Positions 9,215 to 19,934 of a stretch of 50,516 bases of DNA are shown here, piece by piece (position 1 is the stretch's first letter; each line of letters starts with the position of its first letter). The notes beneath the pieces are model-generated. The model saw nothing but the letters and a program-made list of their open reading frames with translations. It was not told the DNA's origin and made no database searches. The position numbers and the translations under genes are program-made. The stretch comes from Salisapilia sapeloensis CBS 127946 (lineage: Eukaryota > Protista > Oomycota): positions 1 through 50,516 of the forward strand of contig JAADVB010000134.1 of assembly GCA_023334545.1 (NCBI GenBank), given 5' to 3'.

Positions 9215-10431
9215 CTAGGACGTCTCTTTAGATGATTTCTTGCTGACGAACTGTCTGCGAAGCAGGTTTTGGTGTCTTTTCGTGGAGTAGGAAAGAGCGT
9301 CTACTAAAGATATGTCATTGCATAAGCTAATATCGCATGGAAGGTTACGATACCCACTGCTAGATTTTTCATGGTTCACTGGATCTACGTGCAGAGGCGG
9401 GCGTTTGGGAATACCTCCTAGCAATTTGTGCTTTTTTAATACTTGTCGTTGGGCGTAGTTGTCACGTGTTTATTAGATGGTCGATTCCTGGGTGTCTTTC
9501 CAATAACCAACCTTAAAGTAACTTGGCCTTCCATACATGCCGATGATTGCAGTTTTTGTAGGGCATGCATGTATCAGAACATTCTTGCTTTACATGATGT
9601 CTATGTCCTTTAAAAGTATGTCTGTATGCCTTTGGAAATGCACTGGTGACGAGTAGTGCTCTTCCATTTTCGTTTCTATATTTGAAAACAAGATTGCTGC
9701 TCTGCTCTCTGGCGTCTCGAATTGGCCAGATTGGGTAGAACAGGAGTCTGGAGTCTTGGTTCTATATCCGATGGCAAGGCTACTTTGATGCCTTACTGCG
9801 TCGAGTCCTTCGGTAGATTGGAATGCTAGTCAAGTAACGATGAACCGTTACCGCCAAGACAGAAGAAAGAGTACTTGATTACTCTAGACACACTACTAGA
9901 GGAAGTAAGGAGCAAATAGTTGTCTGTGATTGACGAACACCATCAGACATAATGCATGGTGTACCAACTAGCTACTATATGGGTTAACAAATGAACCTTG
10001 GATTTCAACGTATCTTGAGATCCCTTGAACAACGCATCCATAGTACACGGTGCACACACCACTTCCTTCTACTTGCTGTCTTGTTCAAATGATCTCGAGT
10101 GATATGAGAAAATGTCGATGCCTACAAAGTGAAACCTATGTTTCAAATGAAACTCTTCTTAGCACACTTCCTCCGGGTCATGACTATCTAGCCCACAGTC
10201 GAGAGAGATGAAAGGTTTACCAAAACTTGCGTATCATTGGATGCCGAAAGCTTTTTGAAGTATCGTGGTGGGCGACAAGAGACAGTGACCATGCCAGTCT
10301 GAGCAGCTCATGAATCCCCACCCAGCATTCACCATGCGTCCTACTTGCTACATACATCGATACAAAATGTAATGCAAATCCAATTTACAGTTACTGGGCG
10401 CATCTTGGTAGGAAATAAAAGCTACAGTCAT
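9215..10431 (-). CDS. Probable intron-rich hypothetical gene, structure unresolved
   Basis: A 1.4 kb gap in an otherwise packed region. Plausible spliced start MTVAFISYQDAP / TSRTHGECWVGIHELLRLAW...HPMIRKFW, and an open 3' frame ending at 9215. I could not join the middle exons unambiguously. Confidence 0.25.
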
Positions 10432-10569
10432 CTAGCAAGCTACGCGCTCAAAACCTCATGACCACTTCGCTCAACAGCGTCAATCGTACTCGAATTTGTA
10501 TAGACGACATCGGTGTAAAAAGTGTACAAAACGTCCAACAAACGGACAATTGGGACGACGAGAGGCACC

Positions 10570-11989
10570 ATGGACCTCATGAGCGAAATTCGAGCTGCCG
10601 ATGAAGAGTACCGGCAAGCGCAGGCACAGGTAGAGGAGATGCAATCCAAAGTAGACAGCGCTAGGTCGGCCTATAGTGAAGCATTAGCTGTGAAATCGAC
10701 TGGCGAGGCGGACCTCGAGGCTGTAACCCAGTCGCTGGCACAAAGTCTTCATGAGCTCAACTTAGGACAAAAGCCTCGCGTACACGATTATTTGCTCGAA
10801 TATCATGCCAACATTGGTTGCTATCACGGGTACCTGTTTCTGTCAGTCGGTGAGTACAATCAGCTCGGCACGTCGAATTTGCATGTCGAGTACGAGGACG
10901 GTACGGTGCAAATCGACTATGGCGACGCTAGTGATAGCCAGAGCAGCGTCGTGTGGACGGCTCAAGTGGCCAAAGAAGTGGATGTGCCGAACGCTAGCAT
11001 CCAAGTGCAGGTAGTTTTGATCACTGGCATGGAGCTAAAGGGATTGATAGGACTAAAGCGTAGCCAACATGACTTTCTAGGCGGACCACTTGTACGTCCG
11101 ATTGCCCGTGACGCCAGAGGCAAAGGAGCAGCACGTGGGAGGGTCTTCTTCCTTTAGTCAGACCTCGTTGCAAGAGTTAGAACCGTCCAATTATGCTAGT
11201 GTAGGGTGCAAATACTGTAGTCATTCGATTGTGTCTTCTTGTGATATGGAGAAAGCGCTGCCGATGCCGTCTGCCAATTGGATGGACATGTTTGACTTTT
11301 GGGGCGTCGGACTCGGCAGCTTTGAGCACTTGCCCCATGACGGCATCCAGGCCAAAGCCAATCGAGTCTTTGTTAGCGAGTCCTTTGTGCTCTTGCATGC
11401 CAGTCACGCTGCAGCAGATGCGTTCTATGCTTCGATACAGCCGAGTGAGAGCACCGAGGAGAAGCAAGAGGACTGGACACCTCTCTCCTGTGGTCAGTGT
11501 GGTGTCTCGCTCGGCTTGCAGCAGCGAGATACGTTGTGCTTGTACAAATACCGCATCACTGCTTCCAAGCAGGATGGACAGACGGATGTCTTTGCAAAGT
11601 ACACGGTCGATAGTGTCGTCACGGCCAAGTTGCTCGAGCTCGCCGACTCGGACGGTGTGTTTTCGTTCGACTTACAGCAGCAGGCATCGAAAGCTGCTGA
11701 AGACGTTGCGTTGAGACTGCAGCTACTGAGCTGGGAGACGACGCTCAAGACGCACGAGATGGATGCTTTCCAGCGTGTGCTCAAAGTGGCATTTGTGGAA
11801 ACGGCTAAGAAACCCTTGTCGAACGGAGAGGAGAGTAAGCTGACGGCTGCTGCAACTTCAGCCAAGACGCTGGAGCTGTCGAGTGAGGTGTGTGGTGCTG
11901 TCCGTCGACGCCTCGCTGTTAGTTCCACGTTGCTGCCTGCATCGTTGCGTAGCTTTAATCGTATGAACGTCGGGTATCTGTTTGCCTAG
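10570..11989 (+). CDS. UBE3D/Ipa1-like (HECT_2, E2-binding) protein with an N-terminal coiled coil, 2 exons
   Basis: Intron 11011-11080 joins the two track ORFs in frame (ASIQVQ / ADHLYVRLP). CKYC...LPMPSANWMDMFDFWG and CGQC match the HECT_2 family pattern C..C...LPS.NW.E..D.W. Confidence 0.7.
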
Positions 11990-12083
11990 TCACTTGTGTT
12001 TTGTTAGTATCGATATGCTTGCTAGAAGTTAGACGCTCGCGGCAGCTATATCGTGATTTTTTATTGCAAGTTACTGGTACTTA

Positions 12084-13603
12084 TCAACGAATGACAGGCC
12101 ATGCCTTTCGCTCTTGCACACGTCCTAGTGATACTTTCTTACTTGAAAGCTTGTACATTCGAAGCTGTTTGTCAGCTCCGGCGGATACTGCTTCCGAGCC
12201 GTCGGGAGAACAAGCGAGATGAAGGATGCGACGGCTGTGATGGTGCACTTTGCCGAGATGTGTCAAGCTTGGAGCTGACCAAGAGTGGATTTCATCACTG
12301 CCATAGCCGTGACTGGATATCAACGTGTGGTTATATGCACTCCACTTGACCGAACTGACTTGTGCCGCAGTTTCGACAGACTTTAAGGGATGCCGAGGCA
12401 TGCTAATCGAGCGTCGACCACAAGTATCCCATAGATGGATGAACCGATCAGCAGTGCCGCCTCCAGTTGCAAGCATGTGACGCTCCCACGGACACCATGC
12501 AATTGCTTTCACAGCAGCATAATGGGCGTTGATGGTTTCACGTGGACGGTATTCTATAAAGGTCTTGTGCTTCCTCTTGCAAGTACCAGAAGAGCGAATG
12601 TCGTAGAGACACAAACGGTTGTCGTTTCCACCGGAAGCCAACGCCATACCATCAGAAGACCACTTGAGTCCACAAACCTCTTGCTTGTGACCAGATAGCT
12701 TTGCAACTGTATTCATCGCCCCACTCGTCCCTGGCATTCGAATGTCATGGAGAAGGATGGCTGAATCGCGTGAGCCTGATGCAAGGAGATTTGGGCCACT
12801 TCCTGGTTGTAGCTGACCGCTCCAAGCGAGTGCACATATACGATCATTATGACGGACGGTAGAATGACAAGAGATCATTTCCTGTTTCTGCGTATCCCAT
12901 AATTGGATCCCAGACTGAGCTGTCCCGACTGCAAGGTAGTTTTGGTGCGGTTCATTTACCCAAGCAAGCGATGAGACGTAGTCTGTAGTTGGACGAGAGT
13001 TGCTAGTGGAAACACCGAGTTCATGCACGTGAGCAGCATTTGGATGATACAAGTAGACTCGATTCGCAAGCGCGACAGCGATGACGTCGTTCTTGCCCCA
13101 GTCCAAGACGTTTAAGTAAAAATCATCGAGGAGAGATGGAGCATCTAGGATGCGATAGGCGGTAGCAGGTGTGCTCGGTCTCGCTTTTGTCGAGCTAGGC
13201 TTCTCGGTAGGAATTTTTGATGCTTCATAGTAGCCTCGAAGTCGTGGTCGATAAGCAATGTTCTCGATACGATGCTTTTGACTCGCAATCGCATGTTTCG
13301 TTAAAGGAATCAACGACAGAGAGTGACGCTGAAGCGAGGACGCAGCAGACGAACTATTGTACTTGGCGTATGATTCTTCCACATGCTTTCTGTCCGTGAG
13401 AGCGTAATGACATAAGTCAAAGTCGACGACACTTCTTGAAGCGATAAACCGGTCACTCTACAGCATGTATTGGAATGAGCGAAGTAATCAATATCGAGTA
13501 CGAGAAACTTGCATACCCTTTCGACGCAACGTTTTGCTGCTAATATCTTGTTCCGATCTGCCGCATTTTCCAGCGTCACTTTCGTTACCTTTGGATTCGG
13601 CAT
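12084..13603 (-). CDS. CDC20: CDC20/Fizzy-family WD40 APC/C activator, 2 exons
   Basis: RILDAPSLLDDFYLNVLDWG, GHKQEVCGLKW, ASGGNDN, AAVKAIAWCPW and a C-terminal IR tail. Intron 13516-13458 brings a C-box-like DRFIASR into frame. Confidence 0.85.
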
Positions 13604-13865
13604 GATCTCGTCAAGACTAAACCGAAGCAAAAGCTGGTGGAAATTCGATCTCTAGTTGCTTACGGTCTTTCCTGACAGTTGGAGAATGACTCCATCGCTC
13701 TTTTCTACGTGATGGACGTAGACTGCACTTTACTTTTTTCGTTCGAGCCTCTCTTCATGTTGATCCTAGTCCAAACGCATCAATCTTGGCACCAGGAACA
13801 CACCATGAAAATGTCAAAATCTTTCTGGTCATTTGATGTATTTTTACCATTTATGTTTTATTTAC

Positions 13866-16800
13866 TTATATGAAGTTGTATCCAAAGTCTTCTCCACGAC
13901 TTCGGTCTTGCTTGGACGCCATGTTATTAAAGATGTGCTCCAACGAAGTGTCGCTGACGCTGTACTCGGCGATATGCAGATTCTCTCTCTCCTGTTCCAA
14001 GAGACCGAAAATGTTATGTGGTCTCAACCCTTGTTTCGGGATCTGGAAACGGAAGTGGTCACCTTGCTGCTCGACAATGACCGAGCCGACAAGTTTCATT
14101 CCGAAAAACTGGCGCAGCAAGCCATGCTGACGCTCCGTGGCGATCCATGAGCAGAAGACATCGATCGGAACTCGACCGCCGCTATCCAGCATCGAGCCTA
14201 TCAGCCAAGCACTTCCTTCTCGTCTCTCGATCTGACCGGCTCTGTACTCCTCTCCGATACGACTACAGACGTAGGCTACTTGATTCGCAGCTAGCTTGCT
14301 TTTATCCTCACCTTCGATTAAAGAAGTGACAAGCTGTTGGATGCTGTCGATTTCAACTTGAGGAGGTTCACTCAGCTTCACTTCGACAGTAAAGCCTTGT
14401 CCGAACTTTTGCTTCAAGTGCTCCACCCCGCCGATGCACTGCAGCTCTCCTCCGACGAGAATGCCGACGCGATGGCAGAGCGCCTCGCACTCCTCCATGC
14501 TGTGCGTCGTCAGAAGCACACTGCAGCCTTTCATGGCACACGCTCTCGAGATGACATTCCACAGTTTACGTCGAGAGCTCGGGTCCACACCAGTCGAAGG
14601 TTCGTCCAGGAAGACGATGCGAGGGTTGCCAAGCAGTGCGATGGCAGTGGACACCTTGCGCTTGTTACCACCGGATAGAGACCCAGTCAACTTGGTCCTG
14701 TACTCGTCTAGCCCCACGTCCGAAATGGCAGCGTCGACGACATTGCTCTGGTCGTCTCGACTGATGCCCTTGATACGTGCATAAAGCAGGATTTGCTCTC
14801 GAACAGTCAAGAGGTCATGCAGCGCATCGAACTGCGGACAGTACCCGATCATCTGGCGGATACGGTTCCGATCGATGGCGAGGTTGTGTCCTGCGATGGC
14901 GGCAAAGCCATTGGTCGGTACGATCTGTCCAGTGAGGATTTTCATGGTCGTCGACTTGCCTGCTCCGTTAATACCGAGGTACCCGAAGCATTCGCCTCTC
15001 TGGATGCTGAGACTCAAGTTGTTCAGAGCAGTGAGCTGGGCTCCATGCCGCTGATACCTGTGACTTAAGCCTCGAATGAAAACGTTGTCCTGTGGCCCTG
15101 GACGATAGTGTTCTACTCTATGCCGCTCGAGCGCGACATCTTCATCTTCATTCCGGTTGCGACCTCCATACGCGTTGTAGTAGTCGACGCTAGTGTCCTT
15201 ACCTTTCCACGCCATGTCGCTCGACTCTAAATACAGGAGCAAGACGATGAAGAGAACGGTCTCGATGGCAGCGTAGATGGCTGGCGCAGTCGCGACGTCA
15301 ACGTCAAAGACATGTCGGATGCAGCAATCTTGGCCGATGTAGTCGACGTTCCAACACTCGGTGCACTCTTCCTTTCCGAGCCCTTCGAAGAGGCCGAAGA
15401 AGGACGGTTGGGACGGGTCTTCGTACCTGGAAGCGCCGTAGAGAGCGTTGCGACTGAGCTTTCGGATGCCGATCTCGAAGAGACCGTCGGTGAAGCTGTA
15501 GCCAGGGAAGAGGAGGAAGATCCACTTGAGGTAGTTTCGGTCCAAGTCCGCGAGCGTCAGCTCGTCTGTGATGGAGAAGCTGACGACGCGACAGAGGAAG
15601 GAGAAGATGCTGAGGATACCTCCTGTCGCTAGCGTGAAGACAAGGACAGACGTCTGGGCCTTGGCGTGCTCTGTAAAGTGCCGAGAGAAGAGGTAGGCGA
15701 GAGGAACGATGACGGCGGCGTGCGTGATGACGAGGACGATAATGCCGTGGACTTCAGAGCTCGACTGCATCGTCTCTGGGCTAGAGAATGGAAGTAAGAT
15801 GCAAGCGCCGATGACAGACACGCAGACAAGTATCATGTCGTACGTCCAGTTGGACAGCCAGTACGCTATGTGCGACGTCCCGCTGAGCACCTGCAGACTC
15901 TTGGCGTTCTGTCCCGGGTGCTTTTCATGCACGACAAAAGCCACGATCGCCGCAGGGACAAAGGCAAAGGCGAGCATCGTGAGCAGAGCAACGAGGAAGG
16001 AGTTGAGCGTGACTTCGAGCTTGGCGTCGTTCCGACCCATGCACGCCGAGTTCCAGCAATACGCGCCTTGGCATTCGAGCTGACTGCAGACCCAGAACGG
16101 TGATCGATAGTCGTTCACGTCGCAGCAGACGGAGGCGTCGCAGTCGCCTATGCCTAGAGAGCAATAGACAAAGTTGGTGGCGCACCAGTCGTCCGGTGTC
16201 TTCATCGTATAGACCTGTCCGGCCTGGATCTGCGCTTGGCATTCTTCCTGGAGAGAAGTGGACGGGATGTCGCTATAGTTGGGTAGGTATTGCGTCACGT
16301 CAATGTACGGCAAAGCAGCGATAATGACGAGCAAGAGGAGAGGGATTAAGACTGCGTTCAAGAGACTCTTGAGGTCTCGTTTGGCTATCTGCAAGCGCTT
16401 AATGAAGAGTGCAGCGTATTGGGAGCAGAAAGATGGACGGCAGTCTGTCTCTGGAGCCACGCCATGCGGTTGAGTGTTGTTCGAACGGCTCTCATCTCGT
16501 CCACGTGCAATGGTGAGGAAGACGTCTTCTAGCGTACCGACCGAAATGCCGTAGGTAGCTAATTGTAGAGTAGGTAGTTGGGCGTCGAGAGCTTGTAATA
16601 GGTTCGGGAAGGCAGACGATGAGTAGGCCGGGAGCTGGTAGACGATTTCTGACCCGTGGGTCTCTTGTCGCGTGGCGTTTGGAACGAAGGAAAGAATGAG
16701 GCTATCGATAGGTTCTAACGTGCATGCGGCATTGGCCTTGAGGAGCGTGAGCGTGTATCCGCTGCCAAAGCGTGACTTTAGGAAGAGCGGGCTGCCGACG

Positions 16801-19289
16801 CACTGGAGCTCTCCGTCGCTCATGATGGCGACGCGGTCTCCTAGGATCTCCGCTTCGTCCATGAAGTGAGTAGTGAGCACGATGACTCGTCCCTCCTTCC
16901 TCCGCTGGATGAGCTTCCACGTGAACCGACGAGAGTACGGGTCCATGCCGGACGTTGGTTCATCCAGGAAGACGAGGCGACTATCTCCAATGAACGCTAG
17001 AGCCACAGACAACTTTCTCTTCTGCCCACCGGACAATGTGGACGTCCGAGCGTCCTTCATTGGGTACAGGCCGACGTCAGTGAGCATGTCGTCCACCGTC
17101 TTGTTGAGCTCTCTGGAAGGCACGTGCTTCATGGTACCAAAGAGCTTGATGTGCTCCAGGACGGTGAGGTTGTCCAGGAGGACGTCGTGCTGTGGACAGA
17201 TGCCAAAGACTGTCCGGAGCTCCTTGAGGTCGGATGCGATGGATCGATGGAAGAGCCGCGCGTCACCGGAAGTAGGAGGAAGCAACCCCGTGAGCATACT
17301 GATGAGCGTCGTCTTGCCTGCACCGTTGTGGCCTAGCAGTGCCGTGATCTGTCCACTGTACAATGTGAGGTTGACGTCATGGACAGCGACCTTGGTCTCG
17401 TCCTTATCGATCTCAAAGACCTTGCGGAGAGAGACAATGTCGAGAGCGTGTCCACGTGTCTTTTGGTCTAGAAGCGTTTGGGATACAGGCTCAACGATAG
17501 GTGTCGACATCGATACAGTCGTCTGACGGAGGTTGGTGTACTCCCCAGACGTGTCTTCACTGCCATTCGTAGGCGTGTATGCCTCCTCCTCTTCCTCTTC
17601 CTTTTCCTCTATCTCTTCCTTCGGACGAAAGTAGGAGACAGTGTCGCTGTAGGGAAAATGCCATGGCTTTGGCACACCAAACTGCTGCGGAATAACATTG
17701 TCCAAGTACCATCCGAGGACGATCAAGATGACCGAGTCCATGATGAGGAAGCAGCACATGGACACTGCTGTCGGGACAGTGATGGGCTCTTCCTTAATGG
17801 CAATCGAGTAGGCGAAGGACGAGCCGTAAAGAGCATGTCGAAGTAGGTCGTCGATGGCCAGGGAAAAGGCTGTTGGAGGAGCCAAGGCAGACGCGTACTT
17901 TGTGCTGTTCTCACTTTGCTGCGCCGAGAAGAAGGGGAAGAAGAGGAGGAGCCACAAGAGGACGGAGACGGTGGCAGCCGTTCGAGACTTGTGGAAGAAG
18001 GGCGTAATGCAGTAGGAGAAGCAGACGATGGAGAAACTAAGCGACCAGAAGACGAAGACGATGGTCGCGTACGATGCGTTCGGGAAGACATTGCCGTATT
18101 TGAGCTCCGCCGCGAGGGCGAGGGACAGCGGGAGGGACATGATGGAGCTCGAGAAGATGTGCGACAGGAGTTGCGTGAGTTCGTTGAGACCCATGATCCG
18201 CATCACCTCTCGCATGCGCGTCTCCTTGTCGAGCACCATGGTCGTCGTTGTGGACGCAACGAACTTGATGTACGTGAGTAGGAAGAAGAGCCCGAGGACG
18301 CTCTGACCACTGGTATAAAAGGACGTGAGTGTCGTGTCAAGTCCTCCGAGGAACTCGCTGTCTAGCGGTCGAGTGGCAGTGCAGAACAAAGTCTCGTTGG
18401 ACGCGATGTCTGCCGGTTCGTCCGTCGGTTGTCCTGTCATGTCATATATCTCGCTCGTGCTCCGGAATTTGTTCAAATTGGCAAGTAGGACGAGTCCAGT
18501 GGTCAAGAGGAGCGGTAAGAGGTATTCAAAGATGAGCGAAATGGGTTTGCGTCGACGGAGCAACAGGTTCTTCCACATGAGGTTGGTCGTCTGCGTCACG
18601 GCCGTGAGGATGCGGTTGATCAAACCTGACCGTCGCTTTTGAAGTGCATCTAGACTACTTTCTATCGACGTATCATTCTTCTTGGCAACTTTCTTGGCAT
18701 TGATGTGATTGTAAGCTCTGGCGATGATGTACAGCAAGGCGAGGACAGCGAGGATGATTGGTAACACGATGATGAGCGTCAAAGTCGAGGACGTGATGTC
18801 CTCGCAGCCATTAGTGTAGGAGAGGTAGCTATCGATTTGCTCTTTACAGGTCGTCGTCGAGTTATAGGAAAGCTCGCAACTGTGCACTCTGTTCACGGTG
18901 TCACAACAGGACGAAGACATGGAGTATCCGCCGGCAGAGCACCGGAGCTGACACTCGCCGTGGTTGACATAGGTGGCATCGTACGTAGTCGTATCGACGA
19001 GCTTGTAGACTGCATCGACGCTGACGCCTTGGACTGGCAGACTGGCGTTGACTACGAAGACACCTGAGTTCATGATACAGAGCGCATACTCTGGATCAGT
19101 CAAGACGACTTCTCGCATGCAATCCTGCAACCCAGACACGGCAGTCTTGGTAACATCGGTGGTGCCACTACTACCGTCCGCCATCGGACCGAATGTTCCT
19201 GCGACGCTGAGAAGGAAATGGCTCGAGACTGAGACCGAGTTGGCCCAAGTGTCCAACGAATAGAGCACTTCCGATAGGTTAATTTTCAT
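13866..19289 (-). CDS. ABCA subfamily full-length ABC transporter with an extra N-terminal Cys-rich domain and TM helix
   Basis: Two NBDs (GHNGAGKTT/LSGGQKRKL/LDEPTSG and GINGAGKST/LSGGNKRK/LDEPSTG), two TMDs, and the ABCA-type LMWKNLLLRRR start motif. Intronless. Start uncertain (ATG 19289 or 19184). Confidence 0.92.
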   Translation of the reverse strand: MKINLSEVLYSLDTWANSVSVSSHFLLSVAGTFGPMADGSSGTTDVTKTAVSGLQDCMREVVLTDPEYALCIMNSGVFVVNASLPVQGVSVDAVYKLVDTTTYDATYVNHGECQLRCSAGGYSMSSSCCDTVNRVHSCELSYNSTTTCKEQIDSYLSYTNGCEDITSSTLTLIIVLPIILAVLALLYIIARAYNHINAKKVAKKNDTSIESSLDALQKRRSGLINRILTAVTQTTNLMWKNLLLRRRKPISLIFEYLLPLLLTTGLVLLANLNKFRSTSEIYDMTGQPTDEPADIASNETLFCTATRPLDSEFLGGLDTTLTSFYTSGQSVLGLFFLLTYIKFVASTTTTMVLDKETRMREVMRIMGLNELTQLLSHIFSSSIMSLPLSLALAAELKYGNVFPNASYATIVFVFWSLSFSIVCFSYCITPFFHKSRTAATVSVLLWLLLFFPFFSAQQSENSTKYASALAPPTAFSLAIDDLLRHALYGSSFAYSIAIKEEPITVPTAVSMCCFLIMDSVILIVLGWYLDNVIPQQFGVPKPWHFPYSDTVSYFRPKEEIEEKEEEEEEAYTPTNGSEDTSGEYTNLRQTTVSMSTPIVEPVSQTLLDQKTRGHALDIVSLRKVFEIDKDETKVAVHDVNLTLYSGQITALLGHNGAGKTTLISMLTGLLPPTSGDARLFHRSIASDLKELRTVFGICPQHDVLLDNLTVLEHIKLFGTMKHVPSRELNKTVDDMLTDVGLYPMKDARTSTLSGGQKRKLSVALAFIGDSRLVFLDEPTSGMDPYSRRFTWKLIQRRKEGRVIVLTTHFMDEAEILGDRVAIMSDGELQCVGSPLFLKSRFGSGYTLTLLKANAACTLEPIDSLILSFVPNATRQETHGSEIVYQLPAYSSSAFPNLLQALDAQLPTLQLATYGISVGTLEDVFLTIARGRDESRSNNTQPHGVAPETDCRPSFCSQYAALFIKRLQIAKRDLKSLLNAVLIPLLLLVIIAALPYIDVTQYLPNYSDIPSTSLQEECQAQIQAGQVYTMKTPDDWCATNFVYCSLGIGDCDASVCCDVNDYRSPFWVCSQLECQGAYCWNSACMGRNDAKLEVTLNSFLVALLTMLAFAFVPAAIVAFVVHEKHPGQNAKSLQVLSGTSHIAYWLSNWTYDMILVCVSVIGACILLPFSSPETMQSSSEVHGIIVLVITHAAVIVPLAYLFSRHFTEHAKAQTSVLVFTLATGGILSIFSFLCRVVSFSITDELTLADLDRNYLKWIFLLFPGYSFTDGLFEIGIRKLSRNALYGASRYEDPSQPSFFGLFEGLGKEECTECWNVDYIGQDCCIRHVFDVDVATAPAIYAAIETVLFIVLLLYLESSDMAWKGKDTSVDYYNAYGGRNRNEDEDVALERHRVEHYRPGPQDNVFIRGLSHRYQRHGAQLTALNNLSLSIQRGECFGYLGINGAGKSTTMKILTGQIVPTNGFAAIAGHNLAIDRNRIRQMIGYCPQFDALHDLLTVREQILLYARIKGISRDDQSNVVDAAISDVGLDEYRTKLTGSLSGGNKRKVSTAIALLGNPRIVFLDEPSTGVDPSSRRKLWNVISRACAMKGCSVLLTTHSMEECEALCHRVGILVGGELQCIGGVEHLKQKFGQGFTVEVKLSEPPQVEIDSIQQLVTSLIEGEDKSKLAANQVAYVCSRIGEEYRAGQIERREGSAWLIGSMLDSGGRVPIDVFCSWIATERQHGLLRQFFGMKLVGSVIVEQQGDHFRFQIPKQGLRPHNIFGLLEQERENLHIAEYSVSDTSLEHIFNNMASKQDRSRGEDFGYNFI

Positions 19290-19934
19290 CCGATGACGTA
19301 ATCTGGTGCGATGATTTTTTCTTGCTCGAAGATGTGCGAGATAACGATGCTGCCTGTCGTCAGTTGCAAGGTCGAAGCTTCGGATTGCTTTGGGGCATAC
19401 GAATGTAGATGGTGTAATCGTGGGAATGGAACACAAGAAGAGTGGAAGTTTTAGTAGATTTCTATTCGTATAGACCGTGTATGGGAATTCTAGGAGGAGA
19501 GACATTGCGCTTGATCGAGAGGATCAGACGAGCACAAGAAGCCAGTAGATCACGCATCCGTAGCTGATCTTGGTAGCTTCTAGCACGAATGGCCACCTTC
19601 TGTTCGCACAGAAATGCACGTCTTCCGAGCAAAGCTCGCATTCGCGGGTTGTCCCATACGGCGAATTCCCATGCGAGCAAGCGAGAGTGCATGCAGTTGC
19701 GTCTCGCCTTTAAATCAGGTTGATACGAAGAAGTGCCTTTTCATGCTACGCTACACAATTCGACGTTGCTGATTATTCACGACGCGCACCAAGATCGTGT
19801 AATGCGATGATCCAACTCGGTTTACGATCTCCTCGCTGCAGCTCCAAAGACTCGTCCATGAGCTTCCGAAATAATAACCCTAGACGAAAGTATCCACTAG
19901 GACCCACAGAAGCCATTATTACGTTATCTTAAAT

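Noticed and set aside
9215-9760. A minus-strand frame that reads on through TAA codons, raising the idea of stop-codon reassignment
   Set aside because: Many confident genes in the window end at TAA, TAG or TGA exactly where homologs end. Introns or decay explain these stops better.
13866-19505. ORF-track starts and lengths, such as ABCA at 19505, WDHD1 at 35727 and reductase at 3509
   Set aside because: Several use GTG/TTG or distant upstream codons. In a eukaryote the first well-placed ATG near the homologous N-terminus is more likely.
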